Source: Thermoanaerobaculia bacterium
Lineage (GTDB): Bacteria; Acidobacteriota; Thermoanaerobaculia; Multivoradales; Multivoraceae
Direction of reading: 5' to 3'
Length of the DNA: 64,000 nt
Assembly (NCBI GenBank): GCA_963664405.1
Contig: OY761158.1
Location: forward strand, 3,424,001-3,488,000
Below are positions 45,002-53,311 of the stretch, one piece after another. Positions within the stretch are counted from its first letter, which is position 1. Each line of letters starts with the position of its first letter. The notes under the pieces were generated by a model, which searched no databases, was not told where the DNA came from, and saw nothing but the letters and a program-made list of their open reading frames with translations. The position numbers and the translations under genes were made by a program.

Positions 45002-45052
45002 GGAAACGCGGTCAGAAAGCCGGGATCGCGCGCTTCTTAAGCGCCGTTGACA

Positions 45053-45964
45053 GGTAGTGATCGACTTCGGCGCTACGACCTCTACGCCCCGGCCACGGCG
45101 GGCGAGCGGAGGGTCGACTATCGAGATGCGGTGGACGCGGTTCTAGCCACCTTCGGCGACTTCCATCCGCGTTTCGCTCGCGAAGCCCGACGCGTCTTCG
45201 ACGATGGGCACATCGACAGCGAGATTCGAGCCGGCAAAAAAATGGGGGCGTTCTGCGCCTCCGCCGTGCCACACCTCGCCCCTTGGGTGCTGGTGAACTT
45301 CGCGGGTCGTTTACGTGATGTGGCGATACTCGCTCACGAGCTAGGCCACGCGGTTCATGGCATGCTGGCATCTGAGCACTCGGTTCTCACATTCCATCCC
45401 TCGCTACCGATGGCCGAGACCGCGTCGGTTTTCGCTGAGATGTTGATGACCGATCGCCTGCTGCGGGATGAGTCCGACCCGGATTCGCGGCGGGAGCTCC
45501 TGGGTGGCGCCCTCGACGACATATACGCCACGGTGCTGAGGCAGGCTTTCTTCGTTCGTTTCGAGATCAGTGCCCACCGAGCGATATTGGAGAACGCGTC
45601 GACCGAGGATCTCTGCGATCTCTATCTCGAGAACCTATCGGAGCAATTCGGCGACAGTGTGGAGATACCGCGGGAGTTTCGCTACGAGTGGCTTGGTATC
45701 CCTCACATATTCTCGACGCCTTTTTACTGCTACGCCTACAGCTTCGGTCAGTTGCTGGTACTAGCCCTCTATCGGCGCTATCAGAAGGACCCAGACGCTT
45801 TCCTACCTGGCTACCTGCGAATGCTGTCCTACGGTGGTTCGGCCCGCCCCGAACAGATCCTGGCAGAGGCCGATATCAATGCCTCCGACCCCGCCTTCTG
45901 GCAAGGCGGCTTCGACATCGTCGCCGAGATTGTCGACCAGCTCGAATCTCTACCGGCCGCGTAG
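45053..45964 (+). pseudogene. pepF: Oligoendopeptidase F, 3' half (catalytic)
   Basis: GAFC, AHELGHAVH zinc motif, AETASVFAE, PHIF..PFYCYAYSFG. Confidence 0.92.
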
Positions 45965-45970
45965 CCTCCA

Positions 45971-46376
45971 TCCTCGACGCCATGTGGTGTAGCCGTAGGA
46001 AGTGATAGCGATCACTTCCGTATGCGTCGTCCTCGACGCCATGTGGTGTAGCCGTAGGAAGTGATAGCGATCACTTCCGTATGCGTCGTCCTCGACGCCA
46101 TGTGGTGTAGCCGTAGGAAGTGATAGCGATCACTTCCGTATGCGTCGTCCTCGACGCCATGTGGTGTAGCCGTAGGAAGTGATAGTCATCACTTCCGTAT
46201 GCGTCGTCCTCGACGCCATGTGGTGTAGCCGTAGGAAGTGATAGCGATCACTTCCGTATGCGTCGTCCTCGACGCCATGTGGTGTAGCCGTAGGAAGTGA
46301 TAGCCATCACTTCCGTATGCGTCGTCCTCGACGCCATGTGGTGTAGCCGTAGGAAGTGATAGCCATCACTTCCGTA
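45971..46376. repeat. Tandem array of 7 x 59-bp REP-like double-hairpin units
   Basis: Unit TCCTCGACGCCATGTGGTGTAGCCGTAGGAAGTGATAGCGATCACTTCCGTATGCGTCG at 45971, 46030, 46089, 46148, 46207, 46266, 46325 (last copy 52 bp). Confidence 0.97.
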
Positions 46377-46378
46377 GG

Positions 46379-48172
46379 CTACGTTAGCCGCTGGGACTTC
46401 AGGTACATCGAAGCGACGTCGTCCGCGTAGCGCTCCATGACCACCCGGCGGCGGATCTTGAGAGTCGGAGTAATCTCGCCCTCTTCTACGGAGAACTCTC
46501 TGGGCATCAGCTTCCAACGACGTACTCTCTCGTGTTCGGCCAACTGGCCGTTGACCTTGGCGACGGTGGCCTCGACGCCCTCCAGGAGCCTGGGATGGGT
46601 AAGTCGCTCTAGGGCCTCCAACTCTTGGATCTCTTCGGGTAGCTCTTCCAGACCCGGAACCAATAGCGCGGTGATGTAGGGGTAGTTGTCGCCGATGACC
46701 ACCGCCTGGGAAAGGACTCCGTCGGCGACGAGAAGCTGCTCGATCGGCTGCGGAGCCACGTTCTTCCCGCCGGAGGTGACAATGAGATCCTTCTTGCGGT
46801 CCGTTATGTAGAGATAGCCGTCGTCGTCGAAATTGCCAACGTCACCGGTGTGGAACCAACCCCTCGCGTCGATAGCCTCTGAGGTGGCCTCCGCGTTGCC
46901 CCAATACCCTTGCATGATCCCCGGTCCCTTGGCCAGAATCTCGCCGTCTTCGGCCAGATCGAGCTCAACGCCAGGAATCGGTTGACCTACGCTGCCGTAG
47001 CGACACGCTCCAGGTCGATTCAGACAAAGAACCGGGGACGTCTCCGTAAGCCCGTAGCCTTCGTATAGACCTACCCCGATTGCATCGAAGAAGCGGCCGA
47101 CGACCTCCGGCAGCGCGGCGCCACCGGCAATTGCCATGCGCAGCCGACCCCCGAGTCGTTCTTTGACCTTGCTGTACACGAGCTTCTCGGCGAGCCTCCT
47201 CTGCAATGCGAGGTGAGGCGCGAATCTCTTCCGCCCGGGGTCGCTGCTCCTCCTGCCGACGTCGAGAGCCCACTCAAAGATGCGCTGTTTGCCGGGCCGC
47301 TCTTTGCTCAGGTTCGCCATCACCCGGAGGTACGCGCGTTCGTAGAGGCGGGGGACCGAGGCCATGACCGTAGGTCGCACGTCGATGAGGGCCCTTGGAG
47401 CTTGCTCGATCGAGGTCAGGTAGTGAATGGCGACACCTCTGTAGAGAAAGAGGTAGTCGGCGATGCGTTGAAAGACGTGAGAGAGGGGTAGGAAGGAGAG
47501 AGTGACGTCTTCGGGCCCGACCCGGAACAACTCAGCACAGGCGCGGAAGTTCGAGACCAGATTGGCATGGGTGAGGACAACGCCCTTTGGGTTTCCGGTA
47601 GTGCCGCTGGTGTAAATGAGGCTCGCGATCTGTTCGGGCTGGACCCTTCCGCGAAAGCCGTCGAGTGGCCGCGTGTCGGCGAGGCCCTTCCCTTCTTCTA
47701 GCAGCGTACCGAGGCCCAGCTCGGACCCTGAGGCATCGTCGTCGTCGATCGCGACCGCGGTGAGAGTGCCCTCGAGAGCTTCGGCCGCTTCTCGAAGCAC
47801 GTCGCCTTTAGCACGGCCGCGATAAAACGCCCAGAGGGCGTTGCTGTTACCCAGGATGAAAGAGATCTGATTGGCTGGAAGAGTAGGGTAGACAGGGACC
47901 GTGATCGCTCCGAGCAGCTGACAGGCAAAGTCGATCGTGTGCCATTCCGGGCAATTCTCTGAGAACAAGGCGACCCGATCTCCCTGAGCGACTCCCCTCT
48001 CCTCGAGCGCCACAGCCAAGTAGTGAATCCGGCTCAGCCAGCTTTCTGTCGAGAGCCACTGCCAGCGCCCTCGACTCTTCCAAGCCACCAGATGCTCTCT
48101 ATCAGCCTGTGCCTCAGCGATGTAGAAGGCGAGCTCGGAGAGGGTCTGGGGTGGTGTCGGGCCGCCAGTCAC
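46379..48172 (-). CDS. fadD: Long-chain fatty acid-CoA ligase
   Basis: YTSGTTGNPKG, GYGLTETSP, WFHTGDVG, ITDRKKD..GGKNVAP, TPTLK. Confidence 0.92.
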   Translation of the reverse strand: MTGGPTPPQTLSELAFYIAEAQADREHLVAWKSRGRWQWLSTESWLSRIHYLAVALEERGVAQGDRVALFSENCPEWHTIDFACQLLGAITVPVYPTLPANQISFILGNSNALWAFYRGRAKGDVLREAAEALEGTLTAVAIDDDDASGSELGLGTLLEEGKGLADTRPLDGFRGRVQPEQIASLIYTSGTTGNPKGVVLTHANLVSNFRACAELFRVGPEDVTLSFLPLSHVFQRIADYLFLYRGVAIHYLTSIEQAPRALIDVRPTVMASVPRLYERAYLRVMANLSKERPGKQRIFEWALDVGRRSSDPGRKRFAPHLALQRRLAEKLVYSKVKERLGGRLRMAIAGGAALPEVVGRFFDAIGVGLYEGYGLTETSPVLCLNRPGACRYGSVGQPIPGVELDLAEDGEILAKGPGIMQGYWGNAEATSEAIDARGWFHTGDVGNFDDDGYLYITDRKKDLIVTSGGKNVAPQPIEQLLVADGVLSQAVVIGDNYPYITALLVPGLEELPEEIQELEALERLTHPRLLEGVEATVAKVNGQLAEHERVRRWKLMPREFSVEEGEITPTLKIRRRVVMERYADDVASMYLKSQRLT

Positions 48173-48181
48173 GTGAGCACC

Positions 48182-48448
48182 CTAACTTGCTGCCAAGGCG
48201 AAAGAGAAGAGGGCTCGGCGGGCGAGAAATAGCAGAGCGAGCGCGAGCATAGGAGATATATCGATGCCGCCGAGTGCCCGTGGCGGAGCCAGTAAACGCA
48301 AAGGTGCGAACACCGGCTCGGTAAGCTTGGTCAGCAGCACCAACGCTGGATTGCGGGGATTCAACCTGAACCACGACAAAACAGCGCTCAGGATGATGAC
48401 CCAGGAGTACAGAGTGAGGGCCTGTGCGATGAGCCAGAGGAGCGCCAT
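48182..48448 (-). CDS. yggT: YggT family membrane protein
   Basis: LSWF..NP..LTEP..PLR..IDISP. Confidence 0.9.
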   Translation of the reverse strand: MALLWLIAQALTLYSWVIILSAVLSWFRLNPRNPALVLLTKLTEPVFAPLRLLAPPRALGGIDISPMLALALLFLARRALFSFALAAS

Positions 48449-48455
48449 GGAATTC

Positions 48456-49193
48456 TCAGCTAACAGTGAGCGGGGGACGAGGGCCAAAGAGCGCTGTGCC
48501 GACGCGGACGTGGGTGGCTCCTTCTTCGATTGCGACTTCGAAGTCCTCGCTCATCCCCATCGAGAGAAGACCTCGAAAAGCTGGACCGTCCGGGAGCGCA
48601 GCGATGCGGTCCCTCAATCTTGCCAGGCGGCGAAACCAGGGGCGCGCAGCTTCCGGGTGAGGGCCTCTGGGTGGAATCGCCATCAAGCCGAGGAGCTCGA
48701 TTCGGGTCAGCTCGCCGAGCCGGGGTAGGGCAGCGATCAGCTGGTCTTCATCGAAACCGTGTTTGCTTTCTTCGGAGGCGAGGTTCACCTCGAGAAAACA
48801 GGGAATCGTGCGCTCCGCCCGTTCACCCTGGTGCTGAAGAGCCTCGGCAATTCGCAGGCGGTCAACGGAGTGTATTGCGTCGAAGAGCTCGACGGCACGA
48901 GTCGCCTTGTTGGTTTGTAGCGGGCCGATGAGGTGCCACTCAGCCTCCTGCGGGAGCTGGGGAATCTTGGTGACGGCCTCTTGCACCCGGTTCTCTGCGA
49001 AGATTCTGAGACCGGCTTCCCACGCTTGCTGCAGAACCTCTATGCTCTGCCGTTTGCTGGCGCCGAGAAGATTCACTTCGCCTGGCCTCCTTTGCGCTCG
49101 ACGCTCGGCGTCTGCAACTCGTTCTCGTATCTTGGCGATACGCTCTTCGATCGAGGGCTTGGAAGCTGCGCCCCGGGCGACGACGCAACTCAG
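48456..49193 (-). CDS. yggS: PLP homeostasis protein YggS (start probably non-canonical)
   Basis: GASK, ENRVQE, HLIGPLQTNK, LSMGMSEDF..AIEEGATHVRVGTALFG; N-terminal helix extends upstream of GTG 49076. Confidence 0.93.
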   Translation of the reverse strand: MSCVVARGAASKPSIEERIAKIRERVADAERRAQRRPGEVNLLGASKRQSIEVLQQAWEAGLRIFAENRVQEAVTKIPQLPQEAEWHLIGPLQTNKATRAVELFDAIHSVDRLRIAEALQHQGERAERTIPCFLEVNLASEESKHGFDEDQLIAALPRLGELTRIELLGLMAIPPRGPHPEAARPWFRRLARLRDRIAALPDGPAFRGLLSMGMSEDFEVAIEEGATHVRVGTALFGPRPPLTVS

Positions 49194-49930
49194 ACCGGAT
49201 CCTCGATGTGGAGGAAGCGGTGGCAGCTCTCGCAGGCGATGAGGCTACCTTGGTCCTTGATCTGCACGATGACCTGCGGTCTCACACTGTAGTTGCACAC
49301 CGAGCAGTGCCAGACTCCGGCTGCCCGCGGCGAAGTCTGAACCTTCGTGACTGCGGCGAAGGCGTGGCCGCCGTGACGCTCGTAGAGGCGCTCGAACTGG
49401 GCTACCAGGTGGCGAGGGATCGACTCTTGTAGTCGCTCGATCTCCTTCGTCACATCGTTGAGGCGGGCGGCGACGCTGGGCTTCTCCTGCTCCCACGCCG
49501 CGAGCAGCTTCTGATAGCTGCTGTCGAGCTCGGAGAACTCGCCCTTTTGCGTCTCGATCTCGCTCTGGGCAGCGTCGGTTCGCTCGATGAGCCCCAGCGC
49601 CTCTTCCTCGTGCGAGGAGATCTCGGCCTTTACGGTGTCGATCTCTGTGAGTAGTGAGCCGTACTCACGCTGGGTGGTAACGCGGTTGACCTGCTGTAGA
49701 TAGTGATCGAGCTTGCTTTGGGCAGCCTCTGCCGCAGCCTCGGCTGCTCGCCGAGAGATCTCATCGGCCAGGATCTGTGCCTCGAGCATCTCTATCGTCG
49801 CCCGATGCTCCAGATACTGATCGTGGGTCTCGCGCATCGAGTCCGGAACGCCCTCGAGTTGTCGGCGTGCTGTTTCGGCCTCTTCCAAGACCTGTTGAAG
49901 TTCGACCAAGGCATCAACATCTCGAGCCAT
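49190..49930 (-). CDS. Coiled-coil protein with C4 zinc ribbon (DUF164/CT398-like)
   Basis: LVELQ, long coiled coil, REY..L..EI, CSVC...CESC. Confidence 0.88.
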   Translation of the reverse strand: MARDVDALVELQQVLEEAETARRQLEGVPDSMRETHDQYLEHRATIEMLEAQILADEISRRAAEAAAEAAQSKLDHYLQQVNRVTTQREYGSLLTEIDTVKAEISSHEEEALGLIERTDAAQSEIETQKGEFSELDSSYQKLLAAWEQEKPSVAARLNDVTKEIERLQESIPRHLVAQFERLYERHGGHAFAAVTKVQTSPRAAGVWHCSVCNYSVRPQVIVQIKDQGSLIACESCHRFLHIEDPV

Positions 49931-50012
49931 GAATGAGGCGTCCCTCCGTCGGATTGTTATATATGAGCCGCCGCCAGGCTACCATCGAGCACCTGAGTCC
50001 TCGTACAGCTCC

Positions 50013-50088
50013 TGGTGGGTCCACCTGGATTCGAACCAGGGACCGCCCGGTTATGAGCCGGATGCTCTAACCGCTGAGCTATGGACCC
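50013..50088 (-). tRNA. tRNA with CAT anticodon, most likely tRNA-Ile2 (lysidine)
   Basis: GGGTCCATAGCTCAGCGGTTAGAGCATCCGGCTCATAACCGGGCGGTCCCTGGTTCGAATCCAGGTGGACCCACCA; paired G1-C72 (not initiator), loop CTCATAA, encoded CCA. Confidence 0.95.
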
Positions 50089-50113
50089 GGATGGCCCCCA
50101 GCCGGGGGAACGC

Positions 50114-50187
50114 AGTATAGCACTGGCGGATGGTGGCGAATGCCCCCCCCGTAAAGGGAGCCTTCGACGCCCCTGAGCTGCTATACT
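50114..50187. promoter_or_regulatory. Back-to-back extended -10 promoters (tRNA and lipoprotein)
   Basis: TGCTATACT on minus strand (50122-50114) and on plus strand (50179-50187). Confidence 0.55.
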
Positions 50188-50245
50188 CCTTCGCCTACTA
50201 GGGGTGTTTTAGCCGTTCAGTCTCTCAGATCGACGGGAGGTAGCG

Positions 50246-50962
50246 ATGTCGAGTAGGAAGGTTCTTGTCGCGTTGGCTGGCGTTTTTTTGTTGACTCTAA
50301 TCAGCTGCGGCCCTTCCGAGGAGGAAGTAAAGGCTGCGGCGCTCGCCGAGGAGTGGGCTGCGCTTCAGGTCAAGCAGAGCGACTTGATGGAGCTCCGGGG
50401 CGAGGCCGCCGAAGCGCTTGTGAGCGAAAGGCAAGGTTTGGAGTCGCAGGTTAACGATGCCGCCGACGCGTTCGCCGAAAGACTGGTGACTTTCATCAAT
50501 GAGTACGCAGGTTTTGAAGGAGAGGAGCCGCTGCCGGAAGTGAAGGCAGCGATAGGCCTCAAGAGTATCGAGGACATCGAGCTGGCTCGGGAGTACGTCG
50601 CGAAGGGAGGCGACTACGCGAAGGCCATCGACATCCTCAGAGGCGCACTGATTGCCGATCCGGGAAACGCTGCTCTCGAAGCCGAGTTGCGTGCTGCGGA
50701 GGGCCTTCGTTTCATGAGCGAGGAGCGTTTCTCGGCGGTCGAGAAGGGCATGACGGAGGATGAGGTGAGAGCGCTGCTCGGCCAGGTCAAGCCTCAGAAT
50801 GTACGCGACTACAAGGAACAGAATGCGGTCGCGTGGTTCTTCCCCAAAGAAGGTGGCGCCGCGGCCGCCGTGTTTTTCAGAGAGAAGGACGGGCAGCTGA
50901 AGGTCGACAGTCTCCAGTTCGACGCAGTCGCGACAGCGAGTGATCGAGCCGCGGAGGGCTAG
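50246..50962 (+). CDS. Lipoprotein with C-terminal SmpA/BamE-like domain
   Basis: Lipobox LISC after hydrophobic signal; GMTEDEVRALLG...W. Confidence 0.7.
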   Translation: MSSRKVLVALAGVFLLTLISCGPSEEEVKAAALAEEWAALQVKQSDLMELRGEAAEALVSERQGLESQVNDAADAFAERLVTFINEYAGFEGEEPLPEVKAAIGLKSIEDIELAREYVAKGGDYAKAIDILRGALIADPGNAALEAELRAAEGLRFMSEERFSAVEKGMTEDEVRALLGQVKPQNVRDYKEQNAVAWFFPKEGGAAAAVFFREKDGQLKVDSLQFDAVATASDRAAEG

Positions 50963-51127
50963 AGGTGTTCGGACTCTCAGGGTAGAAGAGCTAGCTTCCC
51001 AAGGCCGATTCGCCCTGCGCCCTGGGCTCGCGAGCGAGGGATTGACTTCGGTTGCATGATGGTGCAGACTACTCGGCCCGCTCTCGTAGCAGGGGCGATG
51101 CTCAAAAAAGTGAGGTGAAGTCCATTT

Positions 51128-51337
51128 ATGCCGGTCGTGCACGTTCGCGAAGAAGAGAGCTTCGAGAACGCCCTCAGGCGCTTTAAGAGAAAGTGCGAGA
51201 AAGAGGGAATTCTCACTGAGCTCAAGAAGCGACAGCACTTCGAGAAGCCTTCGGTCAAGCGCAAGCGCAAAGCCCTACAGGCTCGCAAAAAGATGCTACG
51301 CAAGTTGTCGGAAGAGCGCCGCTCGGGGCTCAGCTGA
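51128..51337 (+). CDS. rpsU: 30S ribosomal protein S21
   Basis: [24 protein letters not shown]; upstream TTGACT-N17-CAGACT at 51042-51070. Confidence 0.97.
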   Translation: MPVVHVREEESFENALRRFKRKCEKEGILTELKKRQHFEKPSVKRKRKALQARKKMLRKLSEERRSGLS

Positions 51338-51367
51338 AGAATCACTCATATTTTTCGGATATGGGAT

Positions 51368-51402
51368 GGGAGTGGTGTGAGACACCACTCCCTCTTTGCT
51401 TT
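51368..51402 (+). terminator. Intrinsic terminator between rpsU and dnaG
   Basis: GGGAGTGGTGT-GAG-ACACCACTCCC stem followed by TCTTTGCTTT. Confidence 0.75.
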
Positions 51403-51493
51403 CAGGGCATTGGAAAGGAAGTTCCCTGGTTTTGGCCTGGACTGATGATCCGGGTCCGTTGCGCGGGGCCATGCCCTAACTGAGCTTGGCATC

Positions 51494-53272
51494 ATGGCGC
51501 TGGGTAACGTAAACCTGACACCCCAGCTGATCCAGGCTGTCCGTGACAGTGTGGATATCCTCGATGTCGCCGCGCCGGTCACTCGACTCGAGAAGAAGGG
51601 AAACAGGCATGTTGGCCTGTGTCCCTTCCACAAGGAAAAGACCCCTTCCTTCAGCGTTGACCCTGAGCGAGGTCTCTATTACTGCTTTGGCTGCGGTGCG
51701 GGTGGGGATGCGATCAAGCTGCATATGGCTTCGAGTGGCGACGACTTCCCTGCCGCGATCGAAGCCTTGGCGCGGAGCCAAGGCATTCCCTTACCGGCGG
51801 TGGGAGGGCGCTCGGGCCAACCTGAGCGAGATCTGGAGGGAGTGCTGGCTGCCGCTGCTGAGCTCTTCCAAGAGCAGCTGGAGAAGGTACCGAAGGCCCG
51901 TGACTATCTTGCCGGCAGACGCATTCCCGCGGATGTTCTGAAGGCGTTTGGCGTCGGCTACGCTCCCGACAGCTTCGATTTTCTGGTCACGGCCTTGGGG
52001 AGCCGATTTCCGCGCAGTGATCTTGAGGCTGTCGGACTGATATCGAGTAGAGAGAGGGATGGCGGTAGGCATGCATGGGATCGCTTTCGCGATCGCCTCA
52101 TGTTCCCGATTCATAACGCGTCCGGGCGCTTGGTTGGTTTTGGCGGGCGCACCCTGGGAGATGACAAAGCCAAGTACATAAACACTCCTGAGACTGCACG
52201 CTTTCAGAAGCGGCATCTCCTCTACGGCCTCGACCAATCCCGTAAATCGGTGCGCGAGAAGAGCTCGATCCTTCTGGTGGAAGGGTACTTCGACGTGCTG
52301 GCAGCTGTTGCCAGTGGGGTCTCCTGGGTCGCCGCCACGATGGGGACGGCGCTTTCGGCCGAGCAGGCTCGATTGTGCTCGAGGTATGCCGAAGAGGTTG
52401 TCTTGGGCTACGACGGGGATGAGGCGGGCCAGCAGGCGGGTCGCCGTGCTTTGCCAACTCTTCTCGCGCAGGGGCTGGGAGTGAGAAGGGTCCGGTTGGA
52501 GGCAGGAACGGATCCCGACTCTTTTCGACTCGCCGAGGGTGAGGAAGCCCTGCGAGCGCGCGTCGAGGAGGCTCGCGACCTCGTGGAGGAGGAGCTTGAT
52601 GGCATTCTCTCGCACCGTGGGGAAGCGGACCCGCGATCCCGTGCGCAGGGGGCCCGGCAGGTCCGAGAGCTTCTGAGCCCGGTTCGTGACCCAATCCTGC
52701 GTTTCGCCTATGGCCGGCAGGCGGCGGATCGCCTGGGCATACCCGCCGACCTGCTGTGGAAGGGGGACGGAAAGAGCCGGCAGTCGAGGCACGCGGAAGT
52801 AGAAGAGGCGCCAATGCCCCAGCGGCGGGACGTGATGAGTCTCGAAGAGCGGACGCTTCAGCTACTCTTGCGCGGCGAGGTCGTGGTGCCGGCACTGGAG
52901 GAGTTACCGCCGCCCGAGATCTTCCTCAATACCGCGTGCGGGAATATTTATCGTCAGTTTCTCGCTATGTATGTAGCGGGCGAGAGCCCTCCGGCGGGGA
53001 GGAGCGTACTGGTAGCGCTGCCTGCAGAGGGCGAAGCCCTTGACCTAATGGCCAGAATTCTGCTAGAAACGGCCTCTTATTCGGGGAGACCCGAAGAGCT
53101 TGAGGAGTTCTTGCGTCAATTGAACAGGCGGTGGCAGCAGAGCCGGCTCAAGAAGCTGGCTCTCGACATCCGCGAAGCCCAACGACGCGGAGAGTCGGCT
53201 CAGCTCGACGTCTTGATCGAAGAGAAGAGTGCTCTGACAAGGAGCCTGCACGAGATCGGGTCCGGCACCTAG
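51494..53272 (+). CDS. dnaG: DNA primase
   Basis: CPFHKEKTPSF..CFGC zinc finger, DRFRDRLMFPI, KYINTPET, EGYFDV, YDGDEAG. Confidence 0.97.
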   Translation: MALGNVNLTPQLIQAVRDSVDILDVAAPVTRLEKKGNRHVGLCPFHKEKTPSFSVDPERGLYYCFGCGAGGDAIKLHMASSGDDFPAAIEALARSQGIPLPAVGGRSGQPERDLEGVLAAAAELFQEQLEKVPKARDYLAGRRIPADVLKAFGVGYAPDSFDFLVTALGSRFPRSDLEAVGLISSRERDGGRHAWDRFRDRLMFPIHNASGRLVGFGGRTLGDDKAKYINTPETARFQKRHLLYGLDQSRKSVREKSSILLVEGYFDVLAAVASGVSWVAATMGTALSAEQARLCSRYAEEVVLGYDGDEAGQQAGRRALPTLLAQGLGVRRVRLEAGTDPDSFRLAEGEEALRARVEEARDLVEEELDGILSHRGEADPRSRAQGARQVRELLSPVRDPILRFAYGRQAADRLGIPADLLWKGDGKSRQSRHAEVEEAPMPQRRDVMSLEERTLQLLLRGEVVVPALEELPPPEIFLNTACGNIYRQFLAMYVAGESPPAGRSVLVALPAEGEALDLMARILLETASYSGRPEELEEFLRQLNRRWQQSRLKKLALDIREAQRRGESAQLDVLIEEKSALTRSLHEIGSGT

Positions 53273-53311
53273 GCCCGAAGACCGAACCATTCATCAAGTC
53301 AGGAGAGCGTT

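Larger units (their letters stand above)
41727..45052 (-). mobile_element. IS21-family insertion sequence, 3326 bp, four ORFs
   Basis: TG..CA ends; IRs TGTTATCGGCGGTCATAAAGTGCGGGATTCCGGCT vs TGTCAACGGCGCTTAAGAAGCGCGCGATCCCGGCT (26/35); GGTAG duplicated at 41722-26 and 45053-57; istA plus istB. Confidence 0.95.

Noticed and set aside
43375-45057. 560-aa plus-strand ORF inside the IS
   Set aside because: Antisense shadow of istA and the Cys-rich ORF; no recognisable motifs; typical of GC-rich DNA
45971-46376. CRISPR array
   Set aside because: The sequence between palindromes is identical in all units (no unique spacers), there is no AT-rich leader, and no cas genes are in the window
41727-46376. 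RNA-guided transposon made of the IS21 element plus the repeat array
   Set aside because: The array lies about 900 bp outside the IS boundary and target duplication, beyond the pepF 3' half, and shares no evident sequence with the IS ends
46248-46517. 89-aa minus-strand ORF running into the repeat array
   Set aside because: Overlaps fadD out of frame and the 59-bp period breaks codon phase; likely spurious
50013-50088. tRNA as integration site of a genomic island
   Set aside because: No integrase and no duplicated tRNA 3' end seen; flanked by housekeeping-type genes
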